Of a stretch of 39,236 nt of DNA, positions 18,294 through 28,237 are shown piece by piece. The stretch spans positions 1 through 39,236 of the forward strand of contig JASFYY010000069.1 in assembly GCA_045046875.1 (NCBI GenBank), in the 5' to 3' direction. The DNA comes from Verrucomicrobiota bacterium. Lineage in GTDB: Bacteria > Verrucomicrobiota > Verrucomicrobiia > Verrucomicrobiales > DEV007. The notes under the pieces were generated by a model. It was not told where the DNA came from. It made no database searches and worked only from the letters and a program-made list of their open reading frames with translations. Positions within the stretch are counted from its first letter, which is position 1. Every line of letters starts with the position of its first letter. A program made the translations under genes and the position numbers.

Positions 18294-20828
18294 TCACCCC
18301 GTCGTCAACCGCACCACCACTCGGCCTGCATTTTGGAAGTAAGTCAAAGCAACCCGCATGATATCGTCATTGCTCAGCGCAGCTATTTTCTCCGAAGTCT
18401 GTTGATAGTTATCCCAACCCAAACCCAACAGCTCATCCAAACCCGATACCGCCGCCTGATTCTGACTGCTCTGCAAGCGAATCACCTCCTTGCCGATCAA
18501 TGAACTTTTTGCCCGTTCCAGCTCAGCAGATTCGAGCCCCAGCTCACGCATTCTTTTCACCTCGTCCAACAAGACCTGCTGCACTTCATCGAGTTTTTCC
18601 GGTGAAGTCGCCGCATAAAAAAGGAAACAACCCGGTTCCGGACCGAGCAATTGACTAGCCCCCACCGAATAAGCCAAACCGAGTTCCTCGCGTATCTTCA
18701 CAAACAAACGTGAGGACATATCGCTGCACGCCTCGTGCAACAAATCCAAAGCCGCCCGATCCTCGTGCGCCAAATCGCAACTACGAAATCCCGCCATCAA
18801 AATCGCCTGGGATTTTTCATGTAATAAAGTCACCTCTCGCGGCCCGTCAATCTCCCCACCCGCCACCGCTGGCGATGCAAAAGCCTGATCGCCGCTTGCC
18901 ATGCCTCCCAATTTGCCCTGCACCAGTTCGATCACTTCATCCGCATCGATATCGCCATAAACCGTCACCACCGCATTGCGCCCGGCCACATACTGCGCGC
19001 GAAATTTTTCCAACACCCCACCATCCAGTGAATCCACCGACTGCTGCGTTCCCGAAGCGCGTAAAGCGTAAGGGTGCTCCCCAAACAGTTCGCTGCGCAA
19101 ACGCCGCATCGCCACCGACATCGGATGGTCGTCCTCGGCTTTGATACCCGCCAACTGGTAAGACTTTTCACGCTCCACCGCTTCCGGTACAAAAGCCGGA
19201 CACAACAGGGAATCCCCAATCAAATCGACCAACAGCTCCAGATCAGGACGCATCACTTCGCCGGAAACCCCAAAGGTATTGTTACCCGAAGAAGCCCCGA
19301 TCGCCCCGCCCACCGACTCGATAGCCTCCGCCACCTGCTCTGCCGATCGGTTAGCCGTGTCGCTGGTCAGCAAGCTGGAAAGCAACGAGTTCACTCCGTT
19401 ATTAGTCGCTGTCTCAGCCAACACCCCACCCCGGAACACCGCCGAAACATTCACCACTGGCAATCGTTTGTCGGATTTCACCAACAAAGTAAGCCCGTTT
19501 TCCAAAATCACCTTTTTCACCGCTGATTCCGACTTGCCACCGGATCCCGCACTCACCCGCTTCAAGGAACCCACAGGATTGAGCGATACCGAGGTCATGC
19601 CCTCATCAGAAAAATAACGCCCGACCACAGTCGCCACATCATCCAGATCCACTTTCTGCAATTGCGCAATGTAGTCCCTGGTAAAATCCAAATTTTCTGC
19701 AAACAACCAGTTCGACCCCAGATCCGACGCCTGACCGTTCATCGTGCTCAGAGTCGAGAATTGTGAATTCAAAACCATGCGCACCGCCTTGTCCAAATCC
19801 GCTTGTTTCAATGCCCCCTGCCTCACCTCGTCCAAACCTTTGAGCAATTCTTCCAGCACCCGCTCACGTTTGTCCGCCTCACAGTCTGCGGCCAGCAAAA
19901 ACAAACCGGTGTTCGCCAGACTATACGAACTGGCACTGACCGAATGAGCCAAGCCCAGTTCCTCCCGAATGCGACGGTACAGAAGCGAGCTCTGCCCTTG
20001 TCCCAACATCATCGCCAACACATCCAGTGCCGCGCCGTCCGGATGACTGCCACCGGGGATATGCCAGCCCAGCCTCATGCGGGAAAGATCCGTGGAAAAT
20101 TCCTCATGCCGCTCACGACGTCCCATCTGCTTCGGTTCATCCGGCAACATCACCAGTGAACGCGCCCGGCGCGGAGCCCCCTCGAAAGCTTTGGCCAGCT
20201 GATCATAAACCTTGTCAGCATCCACGTCACCCACCACCACAAAAAACACATTGTCCGGCGCATATTCGCGGCGATAAAACTCGTTCAGATCATCGCGGGT
20301 CAGGGTATCAAACACATCCAGATAACCGATCACCGGATGACGCATCGGATGCACCCGGAAAGCAGTCGACAGCAATTGTTTGCTCAACACCTGACCAGGA
20401 TTATCATCACCCATGGCAAACTCCCGCCGGATCACTTCCTGCTCTTTGCCAAATTCCTCCTCAGGCAGGCGCGAATGACAAATCGCATCCGCCAACACAT
20501 CCAGACAAACTTCCACCCCCTCACGCGGCGTATCGATCCAATAAACGGTGCGGTCAAACGAAGTGTAAGCATTGATATAACCGCCACAGCCCTGCACCAC
20601 CTCGGCGATCTCATTCGCATCCCGCTTCTCGGTGCCCTTGAACAACATGTGCTCGACAAAATGCGCCATGCCCGCACCCATGCGATCCCCCTCGTGCATA
20701 CTGCCCACCCGGCACCAGGCTTGCAAACTCACCACCGGTGCGCTGCGGTCTTCTTTGATAATCAGTTCCAGCCCATTGGGCAGTCGCCGCACTTGGGCAC
20801 TGGTTTGTGGAAATTCTATCGCCGCCAT
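18294..20828 (-). CDS. M16 (pitrilysin/insulinase) family zinc protease, two-half fusion
   Basis: Inverted zincin motif HFVEH (GMAHFVEHMLFKGT), NAYTSFDRT, IREELGLAHSV/IREELGLAYSV repeated; the second half lacks HxxEH. Confidence 0.93.
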   Translation of the reverse strand: MAAIEFPQTSAQVRRLPNGLELIIKEDRSAPVVSLQAWCRVGSMHEGDRMGAGMAHFVEHMLFKGTEKRDANEIAEVVQGCGGYINAYTSFDRTVYWIDTPREGVEVCLDVLADAICHSRLPEEEFGKEQEVIRREFAMGDDNPGQVLSKQLLSTAFRVHPMRHPVIGYLDVFDTLTRDDLNEFYRREYAPDNVFFVVVGDVDADKVYDQLAKAFEGAPRRARSLVMLPDEPKQMGRRERHEEFSTDLSRMRLGWHIPGGSHPDGAALDVLAMMLGQGQSSLLYRRIREELGLAHSVSASSYSLANTGLFLLAADCEADKRERVLEELLKGLDEVRQGALKQADLDKAVRMVLNSQFSTLSTMNGQASDLGSNWLFAENLDFTRDYIAQLQKVDLDDVATVVGRYFSDEGMTSVSLNPVGSLKRVSAGSGGKSESAVKKVILENGLTLLVKSDKRLPVVNVSAVFRGGVLAETATNNGVNSLLSSLLTSDTANRSAEQVAEAIESVGGAIGASSGNNTFGVSGEVMRPDLELLVDLIGDSLLCPAFVPEAVEREKSYQLAGIKAEDDHPMSVAMRRLRSELFGEHPYALRASGTQQSVDSLDGGVLEKFRAQYVAGRNAVVTVYGDIDADEVIELVQGKLGGMASGDQAFASPAVAGGEIDGPREVTLLHEKSQAILMAGFRSCDLAHEDRAALDLLHEACSDMSSRLFVKIREELGLAYSVGASQLLGPEPGCFLFYAATSPEKLDEVQQVLLDEVKRMRELGLESAELERAKSSLIGKEVIRLQSSQNQAAVSGLDELLGLGWDNYQQTSEKIAALSNDDIMRVALTYFQNAGRVVVRLTTG

Positions 20829-21277
20829 TATGATCCCGATTTCTGACTCTTGACTCCTGATTTTCGACTCCTGACAACTAACTCCTGACTTCTCTTTTTC
20901 GGCCGGAAAGGCTCCCTGAAAGCTTCGTCAAAAGAAAACACCTCTTTGAAATCCTCCCGGGTATCGTCGTCCGACTGACCAAAAGCGCCCATTTCAATCA
21001 ATTGAAACACCATTTCACCCACATCCTCGGAACAAGTCACCCCCCAGACCTCCAGCACCGTCTCCGCCATCGGTCCAAACTCATCCAGCGCCAGATCCCG
21101 GAAACCAAACAGCAGCTCCTGCCCCCCGACATGCGGATATTCCTCGCCCATTTTCTCCTGTTTCGCCCGCACCGAATGATCCAAGGCATCGCGGAGGAAA
21201 ACATAAGCGTCACTGTCGTAACGCCCGTCCTCCTGCCGGATTCTCACCACTGCTTCTTCAAAACCAATCTTTTGCAT
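20828..21277 (-). CDS. Minf_1886-family (Verrucomicrobia/Planctomycetes-restricted) protein
   Basis: RY..DAYVFLRDALD, HVGGQELL.GFRDLALDEFGPMA..VL..WGV...DVGEMVFQLIE.G.FG.S.DD.REDF. Stop overlaps the M16 start (TAATG). Confidence 0.85.
   Translation of the reverse strand: MQKIGFEEAVVRIRQEDGRYDSDAYVFLRDALDHSVRAKQEKMGEEYPHVGGQELLFGFRDLALDEFGPMAETVLEVWGVTCSEDVGEMVFQLIEMGAFGQSDDDTREDFKEVFSFDEAFREPFRPKKRSQELVVRSRKSGVKSQKSGS
20837..20892. repeat. Heptamer tandem repeat (TGACTCC consensus, 8 units) inside the 3' end of the Minf_1886 gene
   Basis: cgatttc tgactct tgactcc tgatttt cgactcc tgacaac taactcc tgacttc; same unit as 1172-1235. Confidence 0.75.
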
Positions 21278-21408
21278 ACTTCACGGTGATTTTTTCACCT
21301 ACAATGACGTGCAGTCTCCCACCCCCATCGTCAAGCTTTCTGTTACAAATCCAAGCGTAAAACAAATTTTCAGACCGGTTCACCCAGCGCCCCCAATACA
21401 AATGGCGA

Positions 21409-23622
21409 TCAGTAATATTCCAAAAAAGACAAATCCTCGAGGAAGCTATTTTCACGCAACAAATCTTCACGTGCCCAGCTCTCCAGCCCACGAATTTGAT
21501 TGCTGATATAATCCCCGCGTTTCAAATCTTCGCTTTTTGCCACAAAAGGGAGCTTCAATGGCTTCAGTGACAAGGGATGTTTGTCCTTTCCTGCTAGTTC
21601 ATCAGCATCCAACCAGGCTTGTTTGAGATCCATTCTGTCCGCAAAACGCTCTGGCAATTTGTAATACGGAGTGATCTTCAAAATCTGCCGCAGGGTTTCC
21701 TGATGCTCCGCCAAGTGCTGCGGATGACTCCGTAAATAATCTTCTATCTTAATCGCGCAGTTGTAATACAAAGGATCCCGTTGAAAAGCCTCAAGGTAAT
21801 AACGAAACGCTTCATCTGATTCCCCTCTCTTTTCAAAAATCAGCGCAAGCAGATAATAAGTCCGTGGATTTTCAGGAGTCGTTGCGATGACCTTTTTGAA
21901 TACCCGCTCGGCGATCTCCCGGCTGTTTTTATTACTAAAAGCCCCTTCACAACCAAAACAGTGGCTTTCCACCGGCCCGAAACTCACTGGCATCAGCTCA
22001 AAGGCCTTCTCAAAATGTTCTTCCGCTTCAGCGATCCGGCCCTGCTCCACCAAGGTTTTTGCCAAGCGCGATTGCAAACAATAGGCATCCTCGAAACGTC
22101 CCAGAGCCTTTTGGTATCTACGGATGGCTTCACTGCGCAAACCCGCGCGCAGGTAATCATCGGCTCTCTCACCTTCCCGGATAGCTTTGGTCACATCAGT
22201 GAAAAAAGCCGACCTTTCTTCATTGCCCTCGGCAGCATAAACCGCTGCGAGAACTTTATACGCTTCCATCCGGCTCTCTTTTCCCTGATCCCCGTCCGAA
22301 GGATCCAGAGCGATCGCCTTTTCCACCCATTGCCGGGCTTTCCCGACATCCCCCTCTTCGAGCGCCAAGTGAGCCAACCAAATCAGCGGCCTTTCCTCAA
22401 AAGCATCGTAATCCATCAACTTTTCCAAAAACACTTCAGCCCCCTCCCTGTAGTTCTCCAGGAGTTCACGATAATAGGGATCGTAGCCCCCCGTTGCCGC
22501 TATCAGATAATGCAGCAAAATTTCAGCTTCATTTTGCTGCCCCGTTTGCCGCATCGCCCTGCAGACCCTAAGCCCAAATTTCTCGTCCTGCGAGACCAAC
22601 AGTTTCAAATACATCGCCTTGTTCTTGATTCCTTGTTCAGGCAATTTTCCCAATGCCTCAATCAAAGCCTCCGCCCCATCAAGCTTCAGAGTTGCAGTAA
22701 GACTGGAGGCCAGGTATGCCTCGTCATCCGAATCTTCCTTTAACGCCAAGGCGCTCAGTTCACGAAATTTGAGCCATTGTTCTTGTTTCGCTAAAGCGAC
22801 AAACAAAAAATCCGACGAATAATAGTCAGGCGCTCTCCCTGCTTTGACCTCATCTCTAAAATCGGATTCGGCCAGTTTCAGCGTCTTGTTGAGCAACTCT
22901 GGGCGATCCAATAAAACGGCAAGATCGTAAAGTCGCTCTAATAATGAAAACCGATCCGAGCTTTTGCTTTTATCCACCGCCTGCCACAAAAGAGCAATGC
23001 CCTCATCCACCCGATTCTCCGCCAAAACGGTGTGCCACTCATTTTCCAGCTCTCTGTGATCCTCCTTGCGGCTCTCTTTTTCCTCCTTATTCCAATCTGG
23101 GAATACCCCATCCATAAAAGAATCAGCGTCTTTTTTACTGCTACCCAGTACAATCATACGCAGATGGTATTCACGCGCCTGCCAACTGCCGGGATAGCCA
23201 TCCTCTCTATCAGATAACTGAGGTCGCAGCAACGAAATGTATTCGCTCAAAGCCTTCTGCTTGCCCTCCTCCCCTTCTAACATAGCGGCAAAACAAGCCA
23301 ACAGGCTGGCTCTACGTTTCTTCCCCCCCTTTTTAGTAGCATATTTAGATCGAGTATCCGGAGCAGCTAACAAAGCTTTACGCCCTTCTTCCCAAGCATC
23401 CGGGGATGGCAACTCGGCATACAAATTATCCAGATCAACCTGCCAAGCCCCACTGTATTGATGCAGGCGCTCGATCCATTCATCCATCGTAACTGCCGCA
23501 GCTTGAGCCCCCGGACCGTCATCACTCTCATACGACCTCCCACCCGGGATCGGCGGAGGAGAGCATGATGGCCAAGCTATAGCCAAGCATAAAAGCAGCG
23601 TCAGATTTTTAATATTTTTCAC
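21409..23622 (-). CDS. Exported tetratricopeptide-repeat protein (possible lipoprotein)
   Basis: GTG start, signal-like MKNIKNLTLLLCLAIAWPSC, TPR motifs (A...EKAIALDP, AEEHFEKAFEL.P, RTYYLLA..FEKRGE.DEA), HCFGC motif. Confidence 0.8.
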   Translation of the reverse strand: MKNIKNLTLLLCLAIAWPSCSPPPIPGGRSYESDDGPGAQAAAVTMDEWIERLHQYSGAWQVDLDNLYAELPSPDAWEEGRKALLAAPDTRSKYATKKGGKKRRASLLACFAAMLEGEEGKQKALSEYISLLRPQLSDREDGYPGSWQAREYHLRMIVLGSSKKDADSFMDGVFPDWNKEEKESRKEDHRELENEWHTVLAENRVDEGIALLWQAVDKSKSSDRFSLLERLYDLAVLLDRPELLNKTLKLAESDFRDEVKAGRAPDYYSSDFLFVALAKQEQWLKFRELSALALKEDSDDEAYLASSLTATLKLDGAEALIEALGKLPEQGIKNKAMYLKLLVSQDEKFGLRVCRAMRQTGQQNEAEILLHYLIAATGGYDPYYRELLENYREGAEVFLEKLMDYDAFEERPLIWLAHLALEEGDVGKARQWVEKAIALDPSDGDQGKESRMEAYKVLAAVYAAEGNEERSAFFTDVTKAIREGERADDYLRAGLRSEAIRRYQKALGRFEDAYCLQSRLAKTLVEQGRIAEAEEHFEKAFELMPVSFGPVESHCFGCEGAFSNKNSREIAERVFKKVIATTPENPRTYYLLALIFEKRGESDEAFRYYLEAFQRDPLYYNCAIKIEDYLRSHPQHLAEHQETLRQILKITPYYKLPERFADRMDLKQAWLDADELAGKDKHPLSLKPLKLPFVAKSEDLKRGDYISNQIRGLESWAREDLLRENSFLEDLSFLEYY

Positions 23623-23778
23623 AAGCGATCACTAACAAAATCCCCCCTCCAGTGAAAGCCCTTTTATCCGCCCCTCTCTGCCGCGGGTGCAGGATAAAAA
23701 AATAGCCACTGTCTGTTGCAAGCTACCTTATCAACCCTCAACATCATTCCACCCTTTTTAGGCTGGCAATAAAACCAA

Positions 23779-23932
23779 TTTTACCCCGGCGCTTCACACC
23801 GGGCTATATCATTAAGCACCGTTGGTGCAAAAGAGCTTACAGCATACTGTCCTGTAAGGACAGAATGAGATAGCCCAGTGCGAAGCGCTGGGTAAAAAAA
23901 TTCAATTCTTCCAGCCCTGCAAAGGGCGAAAT
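23779..23932. repeat. REPIN/BIME-like composite inverted repeat with nested mini-hairpins
   Basis: Left arm CCCGGCGCTTCACACCGGGCTATATCATTAAGCACCGTTGGTGC is an imperfect reverse complement of right arm GTCCTGTAAGGACAGAATGAGATAGCCCAGTGCGAAGCGCTGGG; followed by hairpin GCCCTGCAAAGGGC. Confidence 0.75.
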
Positions 23933-24011
23933 GCATAGCGGTCAACAGCTTAACTATTTTGTCTTACACCGCGCTGCAACACGACCACCCCCATCTTTGA
24001 TTAATAAAAAA

Positions 24012-24040
24012 TCGAACAAATCCACGATTTTCCGGTCGAA
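24012..24040 (+). promoter_or_regulatory. Putative ECF-sigma promoter of PSD1 operon 1
   Basis: TCGAACAA-N13-CGGTCGAA (GAAC 24014-17, GTC 24035-37); same motif and spacing upstream of the paralog at 34677-34705. Confidence 0.6.
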
Positions 24041-24075
24041 TTTCTCATTGCCTGTATTTTACCCGCTGCCCCCCG

Positions 24076-26766
24076 ATGCCCATCCATCCCTACAGCCCCC
24101 AGCTCTGGCGACCTTGCCTGCCTCTTTTAGGTTGGCTGCTCGTCGCCGCTTCCCCCGCCTGGTCGGCTCCCACGGCAAAAACCCCGCCTACCGACAGCCA
24201 ACTCACCTTCGAGCACGATATCCGCCCGATTCTCAAAACCAACTGCTTTCAGTGTCACGGCGAAGATCATGAATTAAAAGGCGAACTCGACCTGCGCTTT
24301 CGCAAAACCATCGTCAAAGGTGGCAAAAGTGGCTCCGCGCTGATCCCCGGCGACCGCGACAAAAGCCCGCTCTACACTTTCCTCCACAAACGGGAAATGC
24401 CGCCCGAAGACAGCACCCCGCTGAAAAACTCGGAGATCGAGCTGATCGCCCGCTGGATCGATCAAAAAGCACCCACCGCTTATCCCGAGCCTGATCAGAT
24501 CCCCGCCGCCGGAGAACTGGTCATCACGGGTGAAGAACGTGCCCACTGGTCTTTCCAAGCGATCAAAAAACCTGCGCTACCGCAAAACACATCCAATAAC
24601 AGCAGCAACCCTGTTGATGCTTTCATCGCGGAAAAACTCACAGAAAAAAAACTCAGCGCCTCGCCGCAAGCACCACGCATCACCCTGATCCGCCGCGCCA
24701 CCTTCGACCTCACCGGTCTGCCTCCGACCAAAGCCGAGATCGATGATTTTATCAACGACAGCTCCCCCGGCGCCTGGCAGCGCGTGATCGACCGCCTACT
24801 CGCCAGCCCGCAATATGGCGAACGTTGGGGACGTCATTGGCTCGACGTCGCCGGTTACTCGGACTCCGAGGGCTACGATGACAAAGACGTCGTGCGACCG
24901 GACGTCTGGCGCTACCGCGACTACGTGGTGCGTGCCTTCAACAGCGACAAACCCTTTGATCAATTCATCGTCGAACAACTGGCCGGCGACGAACTGGCCA
25001 AAGCTGATTACACCAACGCCCGCACCCTCGCCAACAACGACGCCGACACCTTGGAGAAACTCACCGCCACCGCCTTTCTGCGTCTCGGCCCCGACGGCAC
25101 CGGATCCGCAGCCACCTCCGAATTACAAAAAGCCGCCAACCAGAATATCACCGAAACCCTCAAAATCGTTTCATCCTCGCTGCTCGGCCTCACCGTCGCC
25201 TGCGCGGAATGCCATCACCACCGTTTCGACCCCATCCCCCAGGAAGATTTTTATCGTCTGCGAGCCGTCTTCGCCCCGGCACTCGATACCACCCACTGGC
25301 GCAAACCCACCTCCAGCCGCCTGCCGCTGCTTTCCAAAGAAGATAAAATCATCTCCGATGCGATCGAAGCCGAAGCCAAAAAAGTCAGCGCACTTTATGT
25401 CAAGGAAGGCGAGGCCATTTCAAAAATGATCTTTGAACGTGTGATCAGTCGTCTGCCCGAAGAAGTGCGCGCCTTTGCCCGTGAAACCTACAACACCCCT
25501 GAAAAAGAACGCACTCCTGAACAGGTGAAATTCATCACCGAAAAATACACCGTGGTCAACGTGCCCAAACGTGCCGGCGGACCTTTGAAAAATTACATCG
25601 ATATCGAAAAAGACCGCAAGGAATTGGAACGCAGGCAATCGATCCTGCTCAATACCGCCGCGGCCATCCGCAAAACCAAACCGCAAGTCGAATACATTCG
25701 CGTCGCCACGGAGAACCCTGGGAACATCCCCCCAATCACCCGGGTGTTTTACCGTGGCGACCACACTTCCCCGAAAACCGAGCCGATGGCTCCCGCCGAT
25801 TTCACCGTATTGGCTCAAGCCGGTAGCGCAAAAATCGCCAATAACGATCCGGCACTGAAATCCACCGGTCGCCGACTGGCTTACGCCCGCCACCTCACCA
25901 ACGGACGCCACCCGCTCACCGCCCGCGTATTGGTCAACCGCTTCTGGCTGCACCACTTTGGTCGCGGCATCGTCAATACTCCGGGCGATTTTGGTTTACG
26001 CGGCGAGCGTCCCAGCCATCCCGAACTGCTCGACTGGCTGGCCAGCGATTTCATGGAAAACGGCTGGAGCGTGAAACGACTGCACAAACTGCTGATGAGC
26101 TCCAGCACCTACCAGCAGACTTCAGCGCGACGAGCTGACCATGACAATGTGGATGCCGACAATACCCTGCTGTGGCGCATGCCGGTGCATCGGCTCGAAG
26201 CCGAAACCATCCGTGACAGCATCCTCGCAACATCAGGCAAACTCAATCCGTTGCCTTTTGGCGAACCCATTCCCGTCGCTCCCAATAGCGACGGCTCGTT
26301 TGTTGTCGGCGGCGGAAAAATCTCTGCCGATGGTCGTGAATACAAACGCTCGCTGTATGTGCAAACACGCCGCTCCCAACCGGTCTCCATGCTCGAAGTT
26401 TTTGACGCCCCGCAAATGGAGCCCAACTGCGAACTGCGCAATTCCTCCACCGTCACCCCCCAGTCGCTGGCCTTGATGAACAGTGATTTCATTCTCAAGC
26501 AAGCCGAACTGTTTGCCCAGCGGGTGATCGCCGAAAGCGGGCCCAAAGCCGACTCCGGCGCCCTCATCCGCCACGCCTGGCAACTCGCCTGTGGCCAGCC
26601 CCCCACCGCAGCTGAATTCGTCGAATTGAAAAAACTACTCGACGAACAAAAAGCCCTACTCGCTGCGGCCAAGGACAAAAAGGACGAGACCTTTCGCAAT
26701 CAACAAGCACTCACCACTCTTTGCCAGGTGCTGTTCCAAACCAACCGCTTCCTCTACGTCGACTAA
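24076..26766 (+). CDS. Planctomycete cytochrome c (PSCyt1) + DUF1549 (PSCyt2) + DUF1553 (PSD1) protein, copy 1
   Basis: Signal peptide; CFQCH (24244-24258) and CAECH (25201-25215); [69 protein letters not shown]. Confidence 0.92.
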   Translation: MPIHPYSPQLWRPCLPLLGWLLVAASPAWSAPTAKTPPTDSQLTFEHDIRPILKTNCFQCHGEDHELKGELDLRFRKTIVKGGKSGSALIPGDRDKSPLYTFLHKREMPPEDSTPLKNSEIELIARWIDQKAPTAYPEPDQIPAAGELVITGEERAHWSFQAIKKPALPQNTSNNSSNPVDAFIAEKLTEKKLSASPQAPRITLIRRATFDLTGLPPTKAEIDDFINDSSPGAWQRVIDRLLASPQYGERWGRHWLDVAGYSDSEGYDDKDVVRPDVWRYRDYVVRAFNSDKPFDQFIVEQLAGDELAKADYTNARTLANNDADTLEKLTATAFLRLGPDGTGSAATSELQKAANQNITETLKIVSSSLLGLTVACAECHHHRFDPIPQEDFYRLRAVFAPALDTTHWRKPTSSRLPLLSKEDKIISDAIEAEAKKVSALYVKEGEAISKMIFERVISRLPEEVRAFARETYNTPEKERTPEQVKFITEKYTVVNVPKRAGGPLKNYIDIEKDRKELERRQSILLNTAAAIRKTKPQVEYIRVATENPGNIPPITRVFYRGDHTSPKTEPMAPADFTVLAQAGSAKIANNDPALKSTGRRLAYARHLTNGRHPLTARVLVNRFWLHHFGRGIVNTPGDFGLRGERPSHPELLDWLASDFMENGWSVKRLHKLLMSSSTYQQTSARRADHDNVDADNTLLWRMPVHRLEAETIRDSILATSGKLNPLPFGEPIPVAPNSDGSFVVGGGKISADGREYKRSLYVQTRRSQPVSMLEVFDAPQMEPNCELRNSSTVTPQSLALMNSDFILKQAELFAQRVIAESGPKADSGALIRHAWQLACGQPPTAAEFVELKKLLDEQKALLAAAKDKKDETFRNQQALTTLCQVLFQTNRFLYVD

Positions 26767-26783
26767 CTTATTCTGCTGCGACC

Positions 26784-28214
26784 ATGAACTCAACCCGCCG
26801 ACATTTTTTATCACGCAACGCGCTGGGCATCTCATCGCTCGCCTTGGCGAATCTACTCAAGGACGACGGCCTGTTCGCCGCTCCCTTCAAACCCGTGCTC
26901 GAACAAAAAAGTTTCGACATGCTGCCCAAGGACCCGCAACAGGAGCCCCGGGCCAAAGCGATGATTTCGATGTTCATGGGCGGTGGACCCAGCCATCTGG
27001 AACTGCTCGATCCCAAACCGATGCTGGACAAATACGCCGGCAAGGATTTCCCCAATGCCAAAGAGCTCAAATTTGACAGCGTCGGCCAGGCCAGCGCCGT
27101 GCTGATGCCCTCGGCTTACGCTTTCGAAAAATGCGGTCAATCGGGCACCGAAGTTTCCGAACTGTTGCCACATTTCAAAACCATCGTCGATGACGCCACC
27201 GTCATCCGCTCGATGACCCTGCCCGACATCCGCAACCACGTCGCCGGCATGCGCGCCCTGACCACCGGACGCGGCCAGGCCGGCTGGCCTTCGCTTGGCT
27301 CCTGGCTCACCTACGGGCTCGGCTCGGAAACCAACAACCTGCCCTCCTTTGTCGCCCTCATCGTTGGCAGCAACCCTCCCGGCTCACCATTCTGGGATTC
27401 GCGTCACCTGCCATCGATTTATCAAGGCACGGTGGTAAGAGAACAATCACCGCGCATCATGAACCTCACCCCGCCCGCCCATCTGAAGGGTGCTGCGCAG
27501 GAAAAACAACTCAGCTCCTTAGCAAAACTTAATCAGCTGCACCTCAAGGATCACCCCGGCGAAAACGATCTCTCCGCCCGCATCGCTTCTTACGAACTCG
27601 CCGCGCGCATGCAGACCTCTGCCACCGACGCGCTCGACCTCAGCAAAGAAACTGCCGCCACCCGCAAACTTTACGGACTCGAAGACAAAAACACTAAAAA
27701 ACTCGCCGAAGCCTGCATCATCGCCCGCCGCCTGGTCGAACGCGGAGTGCGTTTTGTCCAGATTTGGAACTACGCCTGGGACATGCACGAAAATCTCACT
27801 GCATCGATCAAAACCCGCTGCGCGGCCGTTGATCAACCCTGCGCCGCCTTGGTCAAAGACCTCAAGTCACGCGGCATGCTCGACTCCACCATCGTCCAGT
27901 GGGGCGGAGAAATGGGACGCCTGCCAGTGATCCAGGACCGCGGAGCTGGCAAAAAACCCGGCCGTGATCACAATACCGAAGGATTCTCGATTTGGATGGC
28001 GGGAGGCGGCATCAAAGGCGGCCACGTGCACGGCGCCACCGATGAATTCGGTCACCGCGCCGTTGATCAACCCGTCAACCAACATGATTTCCACGCGACG
28101 ATCCTGAAACAATTCGGCCTCGACGCCAATCAACTCAGCTACCGCCAAAACGCCCTTCCCGTAGCACTGGTTGAAATGGAAAAAGGCAAAGCCGTAGAAG
28201 GCATCCTCGCCTGA
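26784..28214 (+). CDS. DUF1501 family protein with twin-arginine-like leader, copy 1
   Basis: MNSTRRHFL; FMGGGPSHLE..DPKP, PSLGSWLTYGLG, YELAARMQ, ARRLVERGVRFVQ, WDMH, GEMGRLP, GRDH. Start at ATG 26784. Confidence 0.92.
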   Translation: MNSTRRHFLSRNALGISSLALANLLKDDGLFAAPFKPVLEQKSFDMLPKDPQQEPRAKAMISMFMGGGPSHLELLDPKPMLDKYAGKDFPNAKELKFDSVGQASAVLMPSAYAFEKCGQSGTEVSELLPHFKTIVDDATVIRSMTLPDIRNHVAGMRALTTGRGQAGWPSLGSWLTYGLGSETNNLPSFVALIVGSNPPGSPFWDSRHLPSIYQGTVVREQSPRIMNLTPPAHLKGAAQEKQLSSLAKLNQLHLKDHPGENDLSARIASYELAARMQTSATDALDLSKETAATRKLYGLEDKNTKKLAEACIIARRLVERGVRFVQIWNYAWDMHENLTASIKTRCAAVDQPCAALVKDLKSRGMLDSTIVQWGGEMGRLPVIQDRGAGKKPGRDHNTEGFSIWMAGGGIKGGHVHGATDEFGHRAVDQPVNQHDFHATILKQFGLDANQLSYRQNALPVALVEMEKGKAVEGILA

Positions 28215-28237
28215 ACGCGTGCAAGTCCCCGAGCCAC

